Assembly: GCA_028279745.1 (NCBI GenBank)
Contig: JANQNC010000001.1
Location: 900,001-932,000 of the forward strand
Source of the DNA: Candidatus Nanoarchaeia archaeon
Lineage (GTDB): Archaea; Nanobdellota; Nanobdellia; Woesearchaeales; JANQNC01
Direction of reading: 5' to 3'
DNA length: 32,000 nucleotides
Shown one piece after another: positions 1-9,360 of the stretch. Numbering within the stretch: position 1 is the first letter of the stretch; each line of letters opens with the position of its first letter. The position numbers were made by a program, and so were the translations under genes. A model generated the notes under the pieces. That model was not told the DNA's origin and did no database searches. It saw only the letters and a program-made list of their open reading frames with translations.

Positions 1-44
1 AAACAAAAGGAGGCATTTAAATAGATCGATTGAATATTTTAGAA

Positions 45-89
45 ATATTTATAAGTGATTAGTAAACATTTTAACAATATATGGAGGGG
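45..89 (+). promoter_or_regulatory. Putative promoter and ribosome-binding region of panD
   Basis: An AT-rich TATA-like tttataag lies at 48-55. A Shine-Dalgarno-like GGAGGGG at 83-89 sits 5 nt before the ATG at 95. Confidence 0.35.
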
Positions 90-94
90 TAATA

Positions 95-436
95 ATGAGG
101 GAATTTGCATCATCAAAAATACACAAAGCGAACGTAACGCAAGCAGACTTGGACTATGTAGGTTCAATTACTATAGATCAAGATCTGATGGACAAAGCAG
201 GTCTTATGGAAAACCAGAAAGTGCTGGTTGTAGATAACACAAACGGAGCAAGACTAGAAACTTATGTAATAGTCGGAGAAAGAGGGTCTGGTGTTATATG
301 CATGAATGGAGCAGCAGCACATCTGATAAAAAAAGGAGATGAAATAATCATAATAGGTTTTGACATTGCAGAAAAACCTGTTGAGATGAAAAACATCTTA
401 GTAGATAAAGACAACAATTTTGTTCGTTATTTATAA
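95..436 (+). CDS. panD: Aspartate 1-decarboxylase proenzyme (pyruvoyl-dependent)
   Basis: The 113-aa product is collinear with bacterial PanD. It has [15 protein letters not shown] with the Gly23-Ser24 self-cleavage site (Ser codon 164-166), plus [21 protein letters not shown]. Confidence 0.9.
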   Translation: MREFASSKIHKANVTQADLDYVGSITIDQDLMDKAGLMENQKVLVVDNTNGARLETYVIVGERGSGVICMNGAAAHLIKKGDEIIIIGFDIAEKPVEMKNILVDKDNNFVRYL

Positions 437-452
437 TTTTTTTATTTAGGGG

Positions 453-1991
453 GTGGAGTTTAAGTTGGAGATAAAGTTAATTCAAGATATCTTGAAGTAC
501 AACGTTACGAGAAATCCTGACAAAACTTGCTGTGTTTTCCCCAGAGATAACGACTCAAGCTTAACTTATTCTGAACTTGATAAGAAATCAAATACTTTTT
601 CAGGCAACTTAATTGATTTTGGTTTGAAGAAGGGAGATAAAGTGCTTGTAATGACTACAAATCTTCCCGAGTCTTTGATCGTTTATTATGGTATACTCAA
701 AGTGGGAGGAGTTTTAGTTAATGTAAGTGCGAATTCTTCCGAGAAAGATGTTAAAAGGCTACTGAAAGAGACAGAGGCTAAGCTAGTAATTTATGAGAAT
801 GTTTTTTCTGATGTTATCAAAGAAGTAAAAAATAGTGAGATGTGTAATTTTATTGGAATAAGAACAACTGATGAAAAGTTGAATATCGATTATAAAACTG
901 TTAAAGAGAGCGATAAAGAACTTAATGTTGATATTTTAGATGATGATAATACTTTAATACTGTATACTTCTGGATCCACAGGGCTACCAAAAGGGTCTAT
1001 ACTGACACATAAAAACTTTGTCAGTACTGTAAAAAGCATACTTGAACGAGGTTTGTTTAAAGAAGGGGATAAAGCTTATTGTGTACAACCACTTTATTAT
1101 ATTGATCAAACCATATTTTTACATACTCCTTTTATGCTTGGGGGCACAGTATATGTTTCACCAAGATTCAGCAAAACAAACTTTTGGAATGATATAAAGA
1201 GTTATAATATAGATTATGTTTCTACTGTGCCTGTGATGCAGAGGATATTGTTGAAAGAATGTATTGAAGAAGCAAAAGGGCATTCTTTAAGGTTGATGTT
1301 CTCAACAGGACAACATTTACCTTTAGAGCTTATGGAAGAAGTTGAATCAAACTTTGACGTGGGTTTAGTGGATTGTTACGGGATGACTGAAGGGAGCGGA
1401 TTCTCAACGTTTAATCATTTTGATAAAGATAAGAGGAAAAAAGGGTCTATAGGGACAGTATTGAGTTGTTGTGAACATAAAGTTATAGATGAAGAAGGCA
1501 ATGCTCTTGGTGTAAACAAAATAGGTGAAATAATGGTCAAAGGAGACAACCAGATAAAAGGATATTTTAATGATGTTGGATCTTCCTCTGAACTTTTAGA
1601 TGATAAAGGGTGGATGCACACAGGGGACTTAGGATATTATGATGAAGAGGGGTTTTATTATCTGGTTGGAAGAATAAAAAATTTGATAATAAAAGGTGGA
1701 GAGAATATTTCTACTTTAGAGATTGAAGATATGATAAACAGTATTGGGGGAGTTGCAGATTGTTGTGCTGTGCCAATACCTGATGATATTTACGGAGAGG
1801 AGATAGGTTGTTTAGTTGTACTGAAAAAAGATGTTAAATGCAATGAAAAAGAGGTGATCGATTACTGCTTTGAGAAAAAAGGTAAACTAAAAACGCCAAA
1901 AAAAGTGTTTTTTGTGCCTGAGCTGCCAAAAACGGCTTCAGGAAAACACGACTTGGTGAAAATAAAAGAAATGGTATTGAGTTTGATGTAG
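453..1991 (+). CDS. AMP-forming acyl/aminoacyl ligase (adenylate-forming ANL superfamily)
   Basis: Core motifs are LYTSGSTGLPKG, GYYDEEGFYYLVGRIKNLIIKGGENI and C-terminal PKTASGKHD. The start is uncertain: GTG at 453 abuts a G-rich SD-like run, and TTG at 465 is an alternative. Confidence 0.85.
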   Translation: MEFKLEIKLIQDILKYNVTRNPDKTCCVFPRDNDSSLTYSELDKKSNTFSGNLIDFGLKKGDKVLVMTTNLPESLIVYYGILKVGGVLVNVSANSSEKDVKRLLKETEAKLVIYENVFSDVIKEVKNSEMCNFIGIRTTDEKLNIDYKTVKESDKELNVDILDDDNTLILYTSGSTGLPKGSILTHKNFVSTVKSILERGLFKEGDKAYCVQPLYYIDQTIFLHTPFMLGGTVYVSPRFSKTNFWNDIKSYNIDYVSTVPVMQRILLKECIEEAKGHSLRLMFSTGQHLPLELMEEVESNFDVGLVDCYGMTEGSGFSTFNHFDKDKRKKGSIGTVLSCCEHKVIDEEGNALGVNKIGEIMVKGDNQIKGYFNDVGSSSELLDDKGWMHTGDLGYYDEEGFYYLVGRIKNLIIKGGENISTLEIEDMINSIGGVADCCAVPIPDDIYGEEIGCLVVLKKDVKCNEKEVIDYCFEKKGKLKTPKKVFFVPELPKTASGKHDLVKIKEMVLSLM

Positions 1992-1992
1992 A

Positions 1993-3051
1993 ATGATAAA
2001 ACAAGAGTCCAAGCTTAGATTGTCAAATCTGTTCTCTTTTAGAAATAATAAAGATCTGTTTTTGGACAAAAATTGTTCTTTTTTTCATATGGCAAGGTAT
2101 GGATTGTATGAGATTGCCAAAAGACTAAATGATGTAGGAAGTATTAATGTATTAGTTCCTTCTTATCATTGTGATGCAATTGTAAAACCTTTTGAAAAAG
2201 CAGGAGTTAAAGTAAAATTCTATAAGATTGACAAGAATTGTAATACTGATTTTGTTGATTTGGCGAAGAAGATTGATATGGATACTAAAGCAGTTGTGAT
2301 GATACACTATTTTGGGTTTCCTAACGAGATAGAGAAGTATGTTTCAATCTGTAAAAAAAAGAATGTTCTGCTTATCGAAGATTGTGTGCAGTCTATGTTT
2401 TCTTCTTATAAAGGGAAAAGAGTGGGGTTGTTTGGAGATGTAAGTTTTGTAAGCTGGAGAAAGTTCCTTCCGTTGGAAGAAGGTGCGAGTTTTAGACATA
2501 ATGGGTTTTTAATGAATAACCAAAGTAGATTAGATATAAAGAATTGGTTGAAGGCAGTTAAAAATACTGTCGAAAATGTTTTTAGCAAAGATGTAAGCAT
2601 TAAGCCTTTAAGCTCTGGAAAAGTTGACATTGATAGGTCTGCATCAGAATTAGTTCCTGCGTTCTTTAATAAAAAACCAACAGGTTTAACCGAAAGAATA
2701 TTTAGAAAGTATGATATAAGATCTGTAGTTATTAAAAGAAGGAATAACTATGCTTATTTAATGGAGGCACTTAAAAATTCTAAAATAGTATTACCCTTTC
2801 AAAAATTGATTGAGGGAGTGTGTCCTTCTGCATTTCCATTAATTGTAAAAGAAGATAATGTTGATGTTAAGCTGAGAGCTAAAGGGATATCTGCGTGTCA
2901 ATGGAGATATTTAAGCCCGGACTTGTCTAGAAAAGAATTTAAAGATGCCTATTTTTTGATGGAACACTTAGTTTTTTTGCCAGTACATGAGGGATTGAAT
3001 ATGCATGAATTGAATCATATTATTGAAGAGGTCAAAAAGTTAGTAAGATGA
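1993..3051 (+). CDS. DegT/DnrJ/EryC1/StrS-like PLP-dependent sugar aminotransferase or dehydratase
   Basis: The layout is family-like: VLVPSYHCDAIVKPFEKAGVKVKFYKID, LIEDCVQS, and GDVSFVSWRKF with a candidate PLP lysine. It starts 2 nt after the ligase stop. Confidence 0.7.
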   Translation: MIKQESKLRLSNLFSFRNNKDLFLDKNCSFFHMARYGLYEIAKRLNDVGSINVLVPSYHCDAIVKPFEKAGVKVKFYKIDKNCNTDFVDLAKKIDMDTKAVVMIHYFGFPNEIEKYVSICKKKNVLLIEDCVQSMFSSYKGKRVGLFGDVSFVSWRKFLPLEEGASFRHNGFLMNNQSRLDIKNWLKAVKNTVENVFSKDVSIKPLSSGKVDIDRSASELVPAFFNKKPTGLTERIFRKYDIRSVVIKRRNNYAYLMEALKNSKIVLPFQKLIEGVCPSAFPLIVKEDNVDVKLRAKGISACQWRYLSPDLSRKEFKDAYFLMEHLVFLPVHEGLNMHELNHIIEEVKKLVR

Positions 3052-4217
3052 GTTTAACAATTGAAAGGATAAGTACTTTTGAAGAGTTTAAGAAGTTAGA
3101 ACCCATTTGGAACACTTTTTTAGAGAAAACACCTGCAGATACTGTTTTTTTGACATATGAATTCTTAAGTGTGTGGTGGGAAGCATTTGGAAAAGACAAA
3201 AAGATGCTTGTTCTGTTAGTCAAAGATTCTGGAAAATTACTGGGGATAGCGCCTCTGATGATTGAAGGGGGAGATGTAAAGTTTATGAGAGATGTTCATT
3301 CTTACTATTTTGATTTTATAATATCTGAAAAAAACCAAGAGGTTTTGTTTGCAATTTTTAGTTATTTAGAGAAGAACATAGAGTTTGATAAGCTTATTTT
3401 AGAGGACGTACCCTTAGATTCAACAAATTTAGGCATGATTAAGAGTAAGAAATTTAAAAAATCAGGTTTTATTTTTTTAAAGTTTAATGAGCGAGTATCT
3501 CCTGTAATTAAGATAGAAGAAGAATGGGAGAACTATTATGGTGGTATACCAAAAAGTAGAAGGAAAAGCATAAGAAATAATCTTAGTAAACTTTCTAGAA
3601 TTGGTAACGTTAGATATTGTGATATTGTCAATAAAGAGTTGTTGCCCAGACTTATCAAAGATTTTTTCTTAATCGAGAGAGGTTCGTGGAAGCATACAGT
3701 AGGAAGATCAGTAACCGGAGATAAACAACAAATGTTTTTTTATAAGACGCTTGCAGAAAGAATGCAAGATAAAGGGCAGATATGTCTAGATTTTTTATTC
3801 GTAGACGAAAAACCTGCCTCTTTTGTGTATGACCTTGTTTACAAAGATAAGAGGTACAATCTAAAAACCTCTTTTTTGGAGGATTATGATGGGGCAGGTC
3901 CCGGCACTTACCTTGCTAAAGAAGTTGTTCAAAATAGTTTTAAAAAGGGACTAGATTGTTTAGATTTTTTGGGTGTTATGGATTCTAGGAAAAAATTATT
4001 CTCCAACTCTGAGAGGGCTGCAGAATATATTTATTTGTATAAAAGCACTATTAAAAATAAAGTTTATGTTTTGTTCAACCAACTGGTTTGGAAAAGATTG
4101 GGGAGGTGGGAGATTATTCAAAAGATAAAAAATAAACTTCTTGGTAAATTTCCCACTGAAGAAAAGAATAGAGAAGAATTCAAAAAATTACAAAATGAAA
4201 GACTTAACCAAGATTAG
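3048..4217 (+). CDS. FemAB/CelD/BioF2-like GNAT-fold acyltransferase
   Basis: The 389-aa product has an N-terminus (EEFKKLEPIWNTFL...FLTYEFLSVWWEAFGK...LGIAPLMIE) typical of CelD/BioF2-like acetyltransferase-domain proteins. It is paralogous to 26006-27079. ATGA overlap with the upstream gene. Confidence 0.6.
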   Translation: MSLTIERISTFEEFKKLEPIWNTFLEKTPADTVFLTYEFLSVWWEAFGKDKKMLVLLVKDSGKLLGIAPLMIEGGDVKFMRDVHSYYFDFIISEKNQEVLFAIFSYLEKNIEFDKLILEDVPLDSTNLGMIKSKKFKKSGFIFLKFNERVSPVIKIEEEWENYYGGIPKSRRKSIRNNLSKLSRIGNVRYCDIVNKELLPRLIKDFFLIERGSWKHTVGRSVTGDKQQMFFYKTLAERMQDKGQICLDFLFVDEKPASFVYDLVYKDKRYNLKTSFLEDYDGAGPGTYLAKEVVQNSFKKGLDCLDFLGVMDSRKKLFSNSERAAEYIYLYKSTIKNKVYVLFNQLVWKRLGRWEIIQKIKNKLLGKFPTEEKNREEFKKLQNERLNQD

Positions 4218-5208
4218 AAAAGAGATTCTTGAGTTTTCAAGAAAGACGTTTCCTGGAGAGGAAAGTAGAGAATGGACCTACTTTCAAAATAATTATGTGA
4301 ATCATCCCGATAAAAAAAGTCCAAAGTACACTGCAATTTTTGAAGGAGGCAAGATGATAGGTTTTTTGGGATATATTCCTATGAGATTAAAAATTGGAAA
4401 AGTTTTTTATAAATCTGGCTGGCAGCTTGACCAGTTTGTTTCAGAAGAAAAAAGAGGTAAAGGGATAGGCAGGAAGATACTTAACGAGGCATATTCGCTT
4501 TTTGATATAAACCTGGCAATTAAAAACAGTGAAGATGCTATAAGAATATATACTAAACAAGGGTGGAAGTATCATAGTATACCTCTTTATCTTAAAATAA
4601 TAAGTTTTAGAAGTTATCTCCCTAGGTTCTTGGAAAAGGTGGGTCTTGTTTATGTTCTGGATAAGGTTTACCAGACCCTATTTTGTAATAAGGAGAGTGA
4701 ATTAGATTTTGAAAGATTTGGTGAATGTGGGGAGGAGCTCAGAGAAGTATGGAAAAAGAATAGTAAGCACTATTCTCTTGTTAATGAAAGGGATAGAGAT
4801 TATCTCAACTGGAAATTTAAGAACTATGAAAAGTATTATGTAATAAACAAAGGAACTATTGAAGGTTACATAATCCTGAAGACAGAAAGAAAAGGGAAAA
4901 AGAAAATGCTGAGTATAATAGACTTTTTTATGGATCCAAATAAGAAGGGGATCATCAATTCTGTTATAAATTTCTTAAATAAAAAAGCAATAGACGTTAA
5001 TGCGGACGTAATACGGTTTTATATTTCAGACAAAAGATTAGTAAAACTTTTCAGAAAGCAAAAATTTATTAAACGGGAAGATGATTTGAGACTGATGTAC
5101 TATTCAAAAAAACATCTTGAACTGAACAGAAAGTATGAGGGTGTGTTAGTTACACTTTATGATTCGGATGGTGAGCCTTTCTTTTACAAAGAAGGAAAGA
5201 GAGATTAA
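4195..5208 (+). CDS. GNAT family N-acetyltransferase with a C-terminal extension
   Basis: Acetyl-CoA motif A QFVSEEKRGKGIGRKILNEA. I prefer the ATG at 4195 over the TTG at 4141 in the ORF track. It overlaps the upstream gene by 23 nt. Confidence 0.65.
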   Translation: MKDLTKIRKEILEFSRKTFPGEESREWTYFQNNYVNHPDKKSPKYTAIFEGGKMIGFLGYIPMRLKIGKVFYKSGWQLDQFVSEEKRGKGIGRKILNEAYSLFDINLAIKNSEDAIRIYTKQGWKYHSIPLYLKIISFRSYLPRFLEKVGLVYVLDKVYQTLFCNKESELDFERFGECGEELREVWKKNSKHYSLVNERDRDYLNWKFKNYEKYYVINKGTIEGYIILKTERKGKKKMLSIIDFFMDPNKKGIINSVINFLNKKAIDVNADVIRFYISDKRLVKLFRKQKFIKREDDLRLMYYSKKHLELNRKYEGVLVTLYDSDGEPFFYKEGKRD

Positions 5209-5212
5209 GAAA

Positions 5213-6598
5213 ATGTCATTACCTAAAAAAATATTAATCTTTTTTCTTTTAACTATCTTTATTCTTCCTGCTACTGCGATGGGTTTTGTCTTGTTGTGGG
5301 GTGCTTCTTACCAGAACCAAACTAAACTTTTAGTTGACACCGTAGATTATTATAATGATGGTTCTAGGACAGAGGTAGTACTGGTCGATGAAGGAGTATA
5401 TGTATATGATGCAAACGGCGCCTTATTGTGCAGTAATCCTGAAAGCGGATTTGTTGAAGGTAGAAATGGTAAGTGGATTACTAGCGTGTCTGATGTTTAT
5501 TCGGGGTTTTATGATCATGTCTTTGTCAGCGGAGATAGTGGGGAGAGTGCACCCCGAACTTTAACAAGAGTGTTCAGCAAGGATTGTGAGTTGGTGGAAG
5601 ATTTTCAAAAAAGCTATGTCTACACACCTTATTTGAGAGATGTTGACAGTGATGGCTGCGATGAACTGATATATGGTGGAAAAGCTTTAGATTTGGACCG
5701 TACAAAAAAAAGTAACGAATGGGTACAGTTATGGGATACTGAAGTGCCAAAGTTTATGGATGAAGTTTATGACTGGGATTTTGAGAATGGATTTTGTTAT
5801 AATGAATATATAGAAAATATAGTTTGTGTTAATGGATCTGGAAATGTTAAGTTTAGAAAGAAACCCTTAAACGGTTCCCGTAACATTGCTGTTGGGGATT
5901 TTGATGGAAAAGGAATAAAGAATGATGTAGCAACTGTGGGTGTAAAACCATCAGAAAAAGTACTTCGTCTTTATATAGGGGATGAATACGGTAAACAGTT
6001 AGTTTTAGTAGAAGAAAAGGGAAAGTCTACAAGTTTGCCAAGAGAGCTTGTGGCTGGGCAGATTGATTATACTTCTAAAACAGATGAGCTTGTTTTTGGT
6101 GCCGGCGGGGTAATAAATGCCTATGATTCTGAAGGACGTCTATTATGGAACTACGCTCCTGAAATGGGGGGTTATGCAGATAACATTATCATAGCTGATG
6201 TTGAGAATGATGGTAAGAACGAAGTTGTTGTAGCACAAGGTAGTAAGATCTATGTGTTGGATAATGAGGGGGGGCATTTATTTAACATGACTGTAAATGG
6301 AGTTTCGTTTAACTGGCACGGCACACACCCAACAATGCAAGTTCAAGATATTACTGGGGATTGTTGTAAAGAAATATTGTTATCAACTAATTCAGGGGAT
6401 TTTTATGTTTATGGGTTGGAAGAATGCGGAGTTAATGAATGCGATGAAGGAGATTTATTAAGAAAAAACAACTGTTTTAATGAAAATCAATCCCCTTTCA
6501 GAAATTATGAGGTAAAAGAGGAAAGTTTGTGGGATGTTATTCTACATTTATTTAAAGATAGATTTTATTTGATAAAGAAACTAGTTGAAATCAACTAA
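5213..6598 (+). CDS. Secreted FG-GAP/VCBS-like beta-propeller repeat protein
   Basis: From the ATG at 5213 the N-terminus MSLPKKILIFFLLTIFILPATAMG looks like a signal peptide. Calcium-loop-like repeats follow: DVDSDGCDELIYGG, VGDFDGKGIKNDVATVG, IADVENDGKNEVVVAQG and VQDITGDCCKEILLS. Confidence 0.65.
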   Translation: MSLPKKILIFFLLTIFILPATAMGFVLLWGASYQNQTKLLVDTVDYYNDGSRTEVVLVDEGVYVYDANGALLCSNPESGFVEGRNGKWITSVSDVYSGFYDHVFVSGDSGESAPRTLTRVFSKDCELVEDFQKSYVYTPYLRDVDSDGCDELIYGGKALDLDRTKKSNEWVQLWDTEVPKFMDEVYDWDFENGFCYNEYIENIVCVNGSGNVKFRKKPLNGSRNIAVGDFDGKGIKNDVATVGVKPSEKVLRLYIGDEYGKQLVLVEEKGKSTSLPRELVAGQIDYTSKTDELVFGAGGVINAYDSEGRLLWNYAPEMGGYADNIIIADVENDGKNEVVVAQGSKIYVLDNEGGHLFNMTVNGVSFNWHGTHPTMQVQDITGDCCKEILLSTNSGDFYVYGLEECGVNECDEGDLLRKNNCFNENQSPFRNYEVKEESLWDVILHLFKDRFYLIKKLVEIN

Positions 6599-6623
6599 GT
6601 AGTAGGATAAGAAGGAATCAAAA

Positions 6624-8096
6624 ATGTTAAAAGATCTAACCCGAGTTGGAAAACACAGCATCATCTATGGTTTAGGGGGTGTTGTGCAGAAACTAGTTGG
6701 ATTTTTAATGGTGCCTGTATACACAAGGTATCTTAGCCCAACAGATTATGGGGTGGCTGCACTAATCATGTTTACTGTAACTTTGGCAGGTATGTTATGG
6801 AACAACGCGTTGAACAGAACAATTTCAAGATTTTATTTTGATTATAAACGACAAAAGGAAAGAAACGCTGTGATAAGCACAAGCTTAGTAATCCAAACTA
6901 TATTTTCAGTTATCGTTTCAGCTGGAGTAATAATGTTTAGTTCAAAAATATCTTATCTTTTGTTTGACACTAGCAGATATGCATTATTTATCAATCTTGC
7001 GTTCATAGCCTTCTTGTTACAGTCTATTATAGAGATACCAATGACACTTTTAAGGTTAGTTGAAAAATCTGTCTTTTATTCGGTTATTAGTGTTGTACGT
7101 CTATTTGTTGCATTATTCTTGAACATTTTACTCATAGTTTTTTTGGATATGGGCCTTTTGGGTATATTTGTTAGTGGGGTAGTTACATCAGGACTTGTAT
7201 TCTTCTTACTGGTTCCAAAAACAATTTTCGAAACAGGTATTAAGTTTTCTATGAAAAAAGCAAGACACATGATGAAGTTTGCACTTCCCCTTGTCCCAGG
7301 GGGGCTGTTAATATTTGTGCTAATGAGGGCAGATGTTTTTTTATTACAAAAGTTGTCGACAACTGCGCAAGTGGGATTGTATAACTTGGGGATACAGTTG
7401 GGGACAGTGCTGATATATCTTATAGAACAGCCTTTTTTCTTGATATGGTACCCTTTTGTGTACTCTAGCTTAAAAAAACCAAAAATAAATAAAGTATTTT
7501 CAAGAATGCAAACTTATTTCTTTTTTATACTTATATTTTTTAGCTTATGCCTGGCAGTTTTGATTAAGCCAGTATTAAGTTTTCTTGTGGGGCCTGACTT
7601 TTTTGAAGTGTATAAGGTAGTTCCATTAATAGTTCTAGCATTTTTCTTTAGACCTCTTTCAGACTTTTTTAAGACGGGTTTACAGATAAAAAAGAAGACA
7701 AAAATGATTCCTTTAATTCTTGGGGTGGGAGTAATAATCAATCTTGCGTTAAACTTTATTTTAATACCGGGTATGGGTTATATGGGGGCAGCTGTTGCAA
7801 AATTATCAGCTTTTGCAGTTATAGCGTTAGTCGCTTATTTTATCTCTATAAAAATTTATAAAATAACACCTGAAAAGAGAGTTATTTTTGCTTTAATAGT
7901 TGCGATTGTGTACTATTTTGTGAGTTTGTTGATATCTGTCGAATCGATAGTGTTACAAATTACATTGGATGTGCTGTTTTTAATGACATTTCCTTTAGTA
8001 CTTTATCTGCTAAGAGTATTTAGGAAAGATGAAATTAAGAAAACAAAGGAGATTTTGAAAAAAATAAAGAACGTAAGGTCTTCAAAGATCAAATAA
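6624..8096 (+). CDS. Wzx-like oligosaccharide flippase (MOP/polysaccharide biosynthesis protein family)
   Basis: The 490-aa product is very hydrophobic and multi-spanning, with about 12-14 predicted helices by eye. It sits among glycosyltransferases. Confidence 0.8.
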   Translation: MLKDLTRVGKHSIIYGLGGVVQKLVGFLMVPVYTRYLSPTDYGVAALIMFTVTLAGMLWNNALNRTISRFYFDYKRQKERNAVISTSLVIQTIFSVIVSAGVIMFSSKISYLLFDTSRYALFINLAFIAFLLQSIIEIPMTLLRLVEKSVFYSVISVVRLFVALFLNILLIVFLDMGLLGIFVSGVVTSGLVFFLLVPKTIFETGIKFSMKKARHMMKFALPLVPGGLLIFVLMRADVFLLQKLSTTAQVGLYNLGIQLGTVLIYLIEQPFFLIWYPFVYSSLKKPKINKVFSRMQTYFFFILIFFSLCLAVLIKPVLSFLVGPDFFEVYKVVPLIVLAFFFRPLSDFFKTGLQIKKKTKMIPLILGVGVIINLALNFILIPGMGYMGAAVAKLSAFAVIALVAYFISIKIYKITPEKRVIFALIVAIVYYFVSLLISVESIVLQITLDVLFLMTFPLVLYLLRVFRKDEIKKTKEILKKIKNVRSSKIK

Positions 8097-8220
8097 TCTA
8101 TAAAGAGTTAGCTTGTTTAAGATATGACACTAGTAAGGGATTATTTATAATAATTTTTCTTATTTAAACGAAGGTAAAAAGTTATAAAACACTGTTAAAA
8201 ATGGGTTATTAACTGTTTAT

Positions 8221-9360
8221 TTGATGACTAAAATGGGAAAGATAAAAATATTGAGGATTGTTGATGAGTTTTTTAGAGCAGGTCTCCAGCAAGGTGTAAG
8301 AAACATAATATGTAACACAGAAACTAAAAAGTTTGAGAATGTAATCGTAAGTTTAAAAGGAGTAAATGAAGATATGCTGATCAAAGGAGTGAAAACTTAC
8401 GTTCTTAACAAAAAACCTGGTTTAGGGTGGGAGTTGCCTTTAAGAATAGCAAGGATAATCAAAAAAGAAAGACCTCACATACTGCAGATGCATAATATGG
8501 ATTCTTTGCAGCAAGGAATGCTTGCAACGTTGTTGTCTGATGTTCCAATAAAGATCTATGTCGATCACAACTCTTTTGAAAACAAACGATCAAAAAAAGC
8601 AGTACTGTTGAGCAGAATTCTTTCAAAAAGACTTGACAAAGCAATAACTGTGTCTGATGAAGTCCGAGAAAAAGTTGTTAAGGAGTTAGGGGTTAAAAGA
8701 AAAAAGGTAAAAACTATATTGAATGGGACTGACATAAGTAAGTTTGATAAAAAAATCAGTTTAGCTGGGTTAAGAAGTGAATTAGGAATAAGCAATAAAG
8801 ACAAGATAGTAACAATTGTGGCAGGCCTTAGAAAAATAAAAGATCATCTAACTTTGATCAAGGCATTTTCAACTGTTGTAAAAAAGGAAAAGAATGCAAA
8901 GCTAATAATAGTCGGGGTGGGTGAGGAAAAACCAAGAATCCAACAAACTATAGAAGAAGATATTTTGGAGAATAATGTGTTATTATTGGGATTAAGAGGA
9001 GATGTACCTGAAATTTTAGGAGTTACAGATGTTTCGGTTATATGTTCTTTATCTGAGGGGATTTCGCAAACAATAATGGAATCAATGGCAGCATCAAAAC
9101 CAGTTGTCGCAACAAATGTAGGGGGCAATCCTGTTTTGGTGGAAGAAGAGGTTAATGGACTACTTGTCCCTGTCAAGTCGTCTGATAAGTTAGCAGAGGC
9201 AATAGCGAGGTTGTTAGAAAATAAAAATCTAAGAGCGAAGATGGGAAAAGAAGGAAGAAAAAAGATTGAAGAATATTTTAATGTACAAAGAGTTTGCAAG
9301 GATTATGAGACATTGTATGTTGAGTTACTTAATAAAAAAGGAGTAAAATGTGCGGAATAG
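8221..9360 (+). CDS. Glycosyltransferase family 4 (GT-B)
   Basis: C-terminal E-x7-E region: SLSEGISQTIMESMAASKPVVATNVGGNPVLVEEEVNGLLVP. The start is ambiguous among TTG 8221, ATG 8224 and ATG 8233. Confidence 0.85.
   Translation: MMTKMGKIKILRIVDEFFRAGLQQGVRNIICNTETKKFENVIVSLKGVNEDMLIKGVKTYVLNKKPGLGWELPLRIARIIKKERPHILQMHNMDSLQQGMLATLLSDVPIKIYVDHNSFENKRSKKAVLLSRILSKRLDKAITVSDEVREKVVKELGVKRKKVKTILNGTDISKFDKKISLAGLRSELGISNKDKIVTIVAGLRKIKDHLTLIKAFSTVVKKEKNAKLIIVGVGEEKPRIQQTIEEDILENNVLLLGLRGDVPEILGVTDVSVICSLSEGISQTIMESMAASKPVVATNVGGNPVLVEEEVNGLLVPVKSSDKLAEAIARLLENKNLRAKMGKEGRKKIEEYFNVQRVCKDYETLYVELLNKKGVKCAE

Noticed and set aside
55-237. A 60-aa ORF overlapping the panD start in another frame.
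   Set aside because: It is out of frame with a clear PanD homologue, has no motif, and would begin inside the putative promoter and SD region.
8844-9299. Long antisense ORFs inside well-supported genes. Examples are 8844-9299 (151 aa), 19254-19709 (151 aa), 28435-28911 (158 aa), 31006-31311 and 31532-31861.
   Set aside because: They lie opposite CDSs with strong family motifs (GT4, hydrolase, GatD, CDC48). Their Ser/Leu/Phe/Thr-rich composition is low-complexity and typical of the antisense of AT-rich genes. They have no recognisable motifs.
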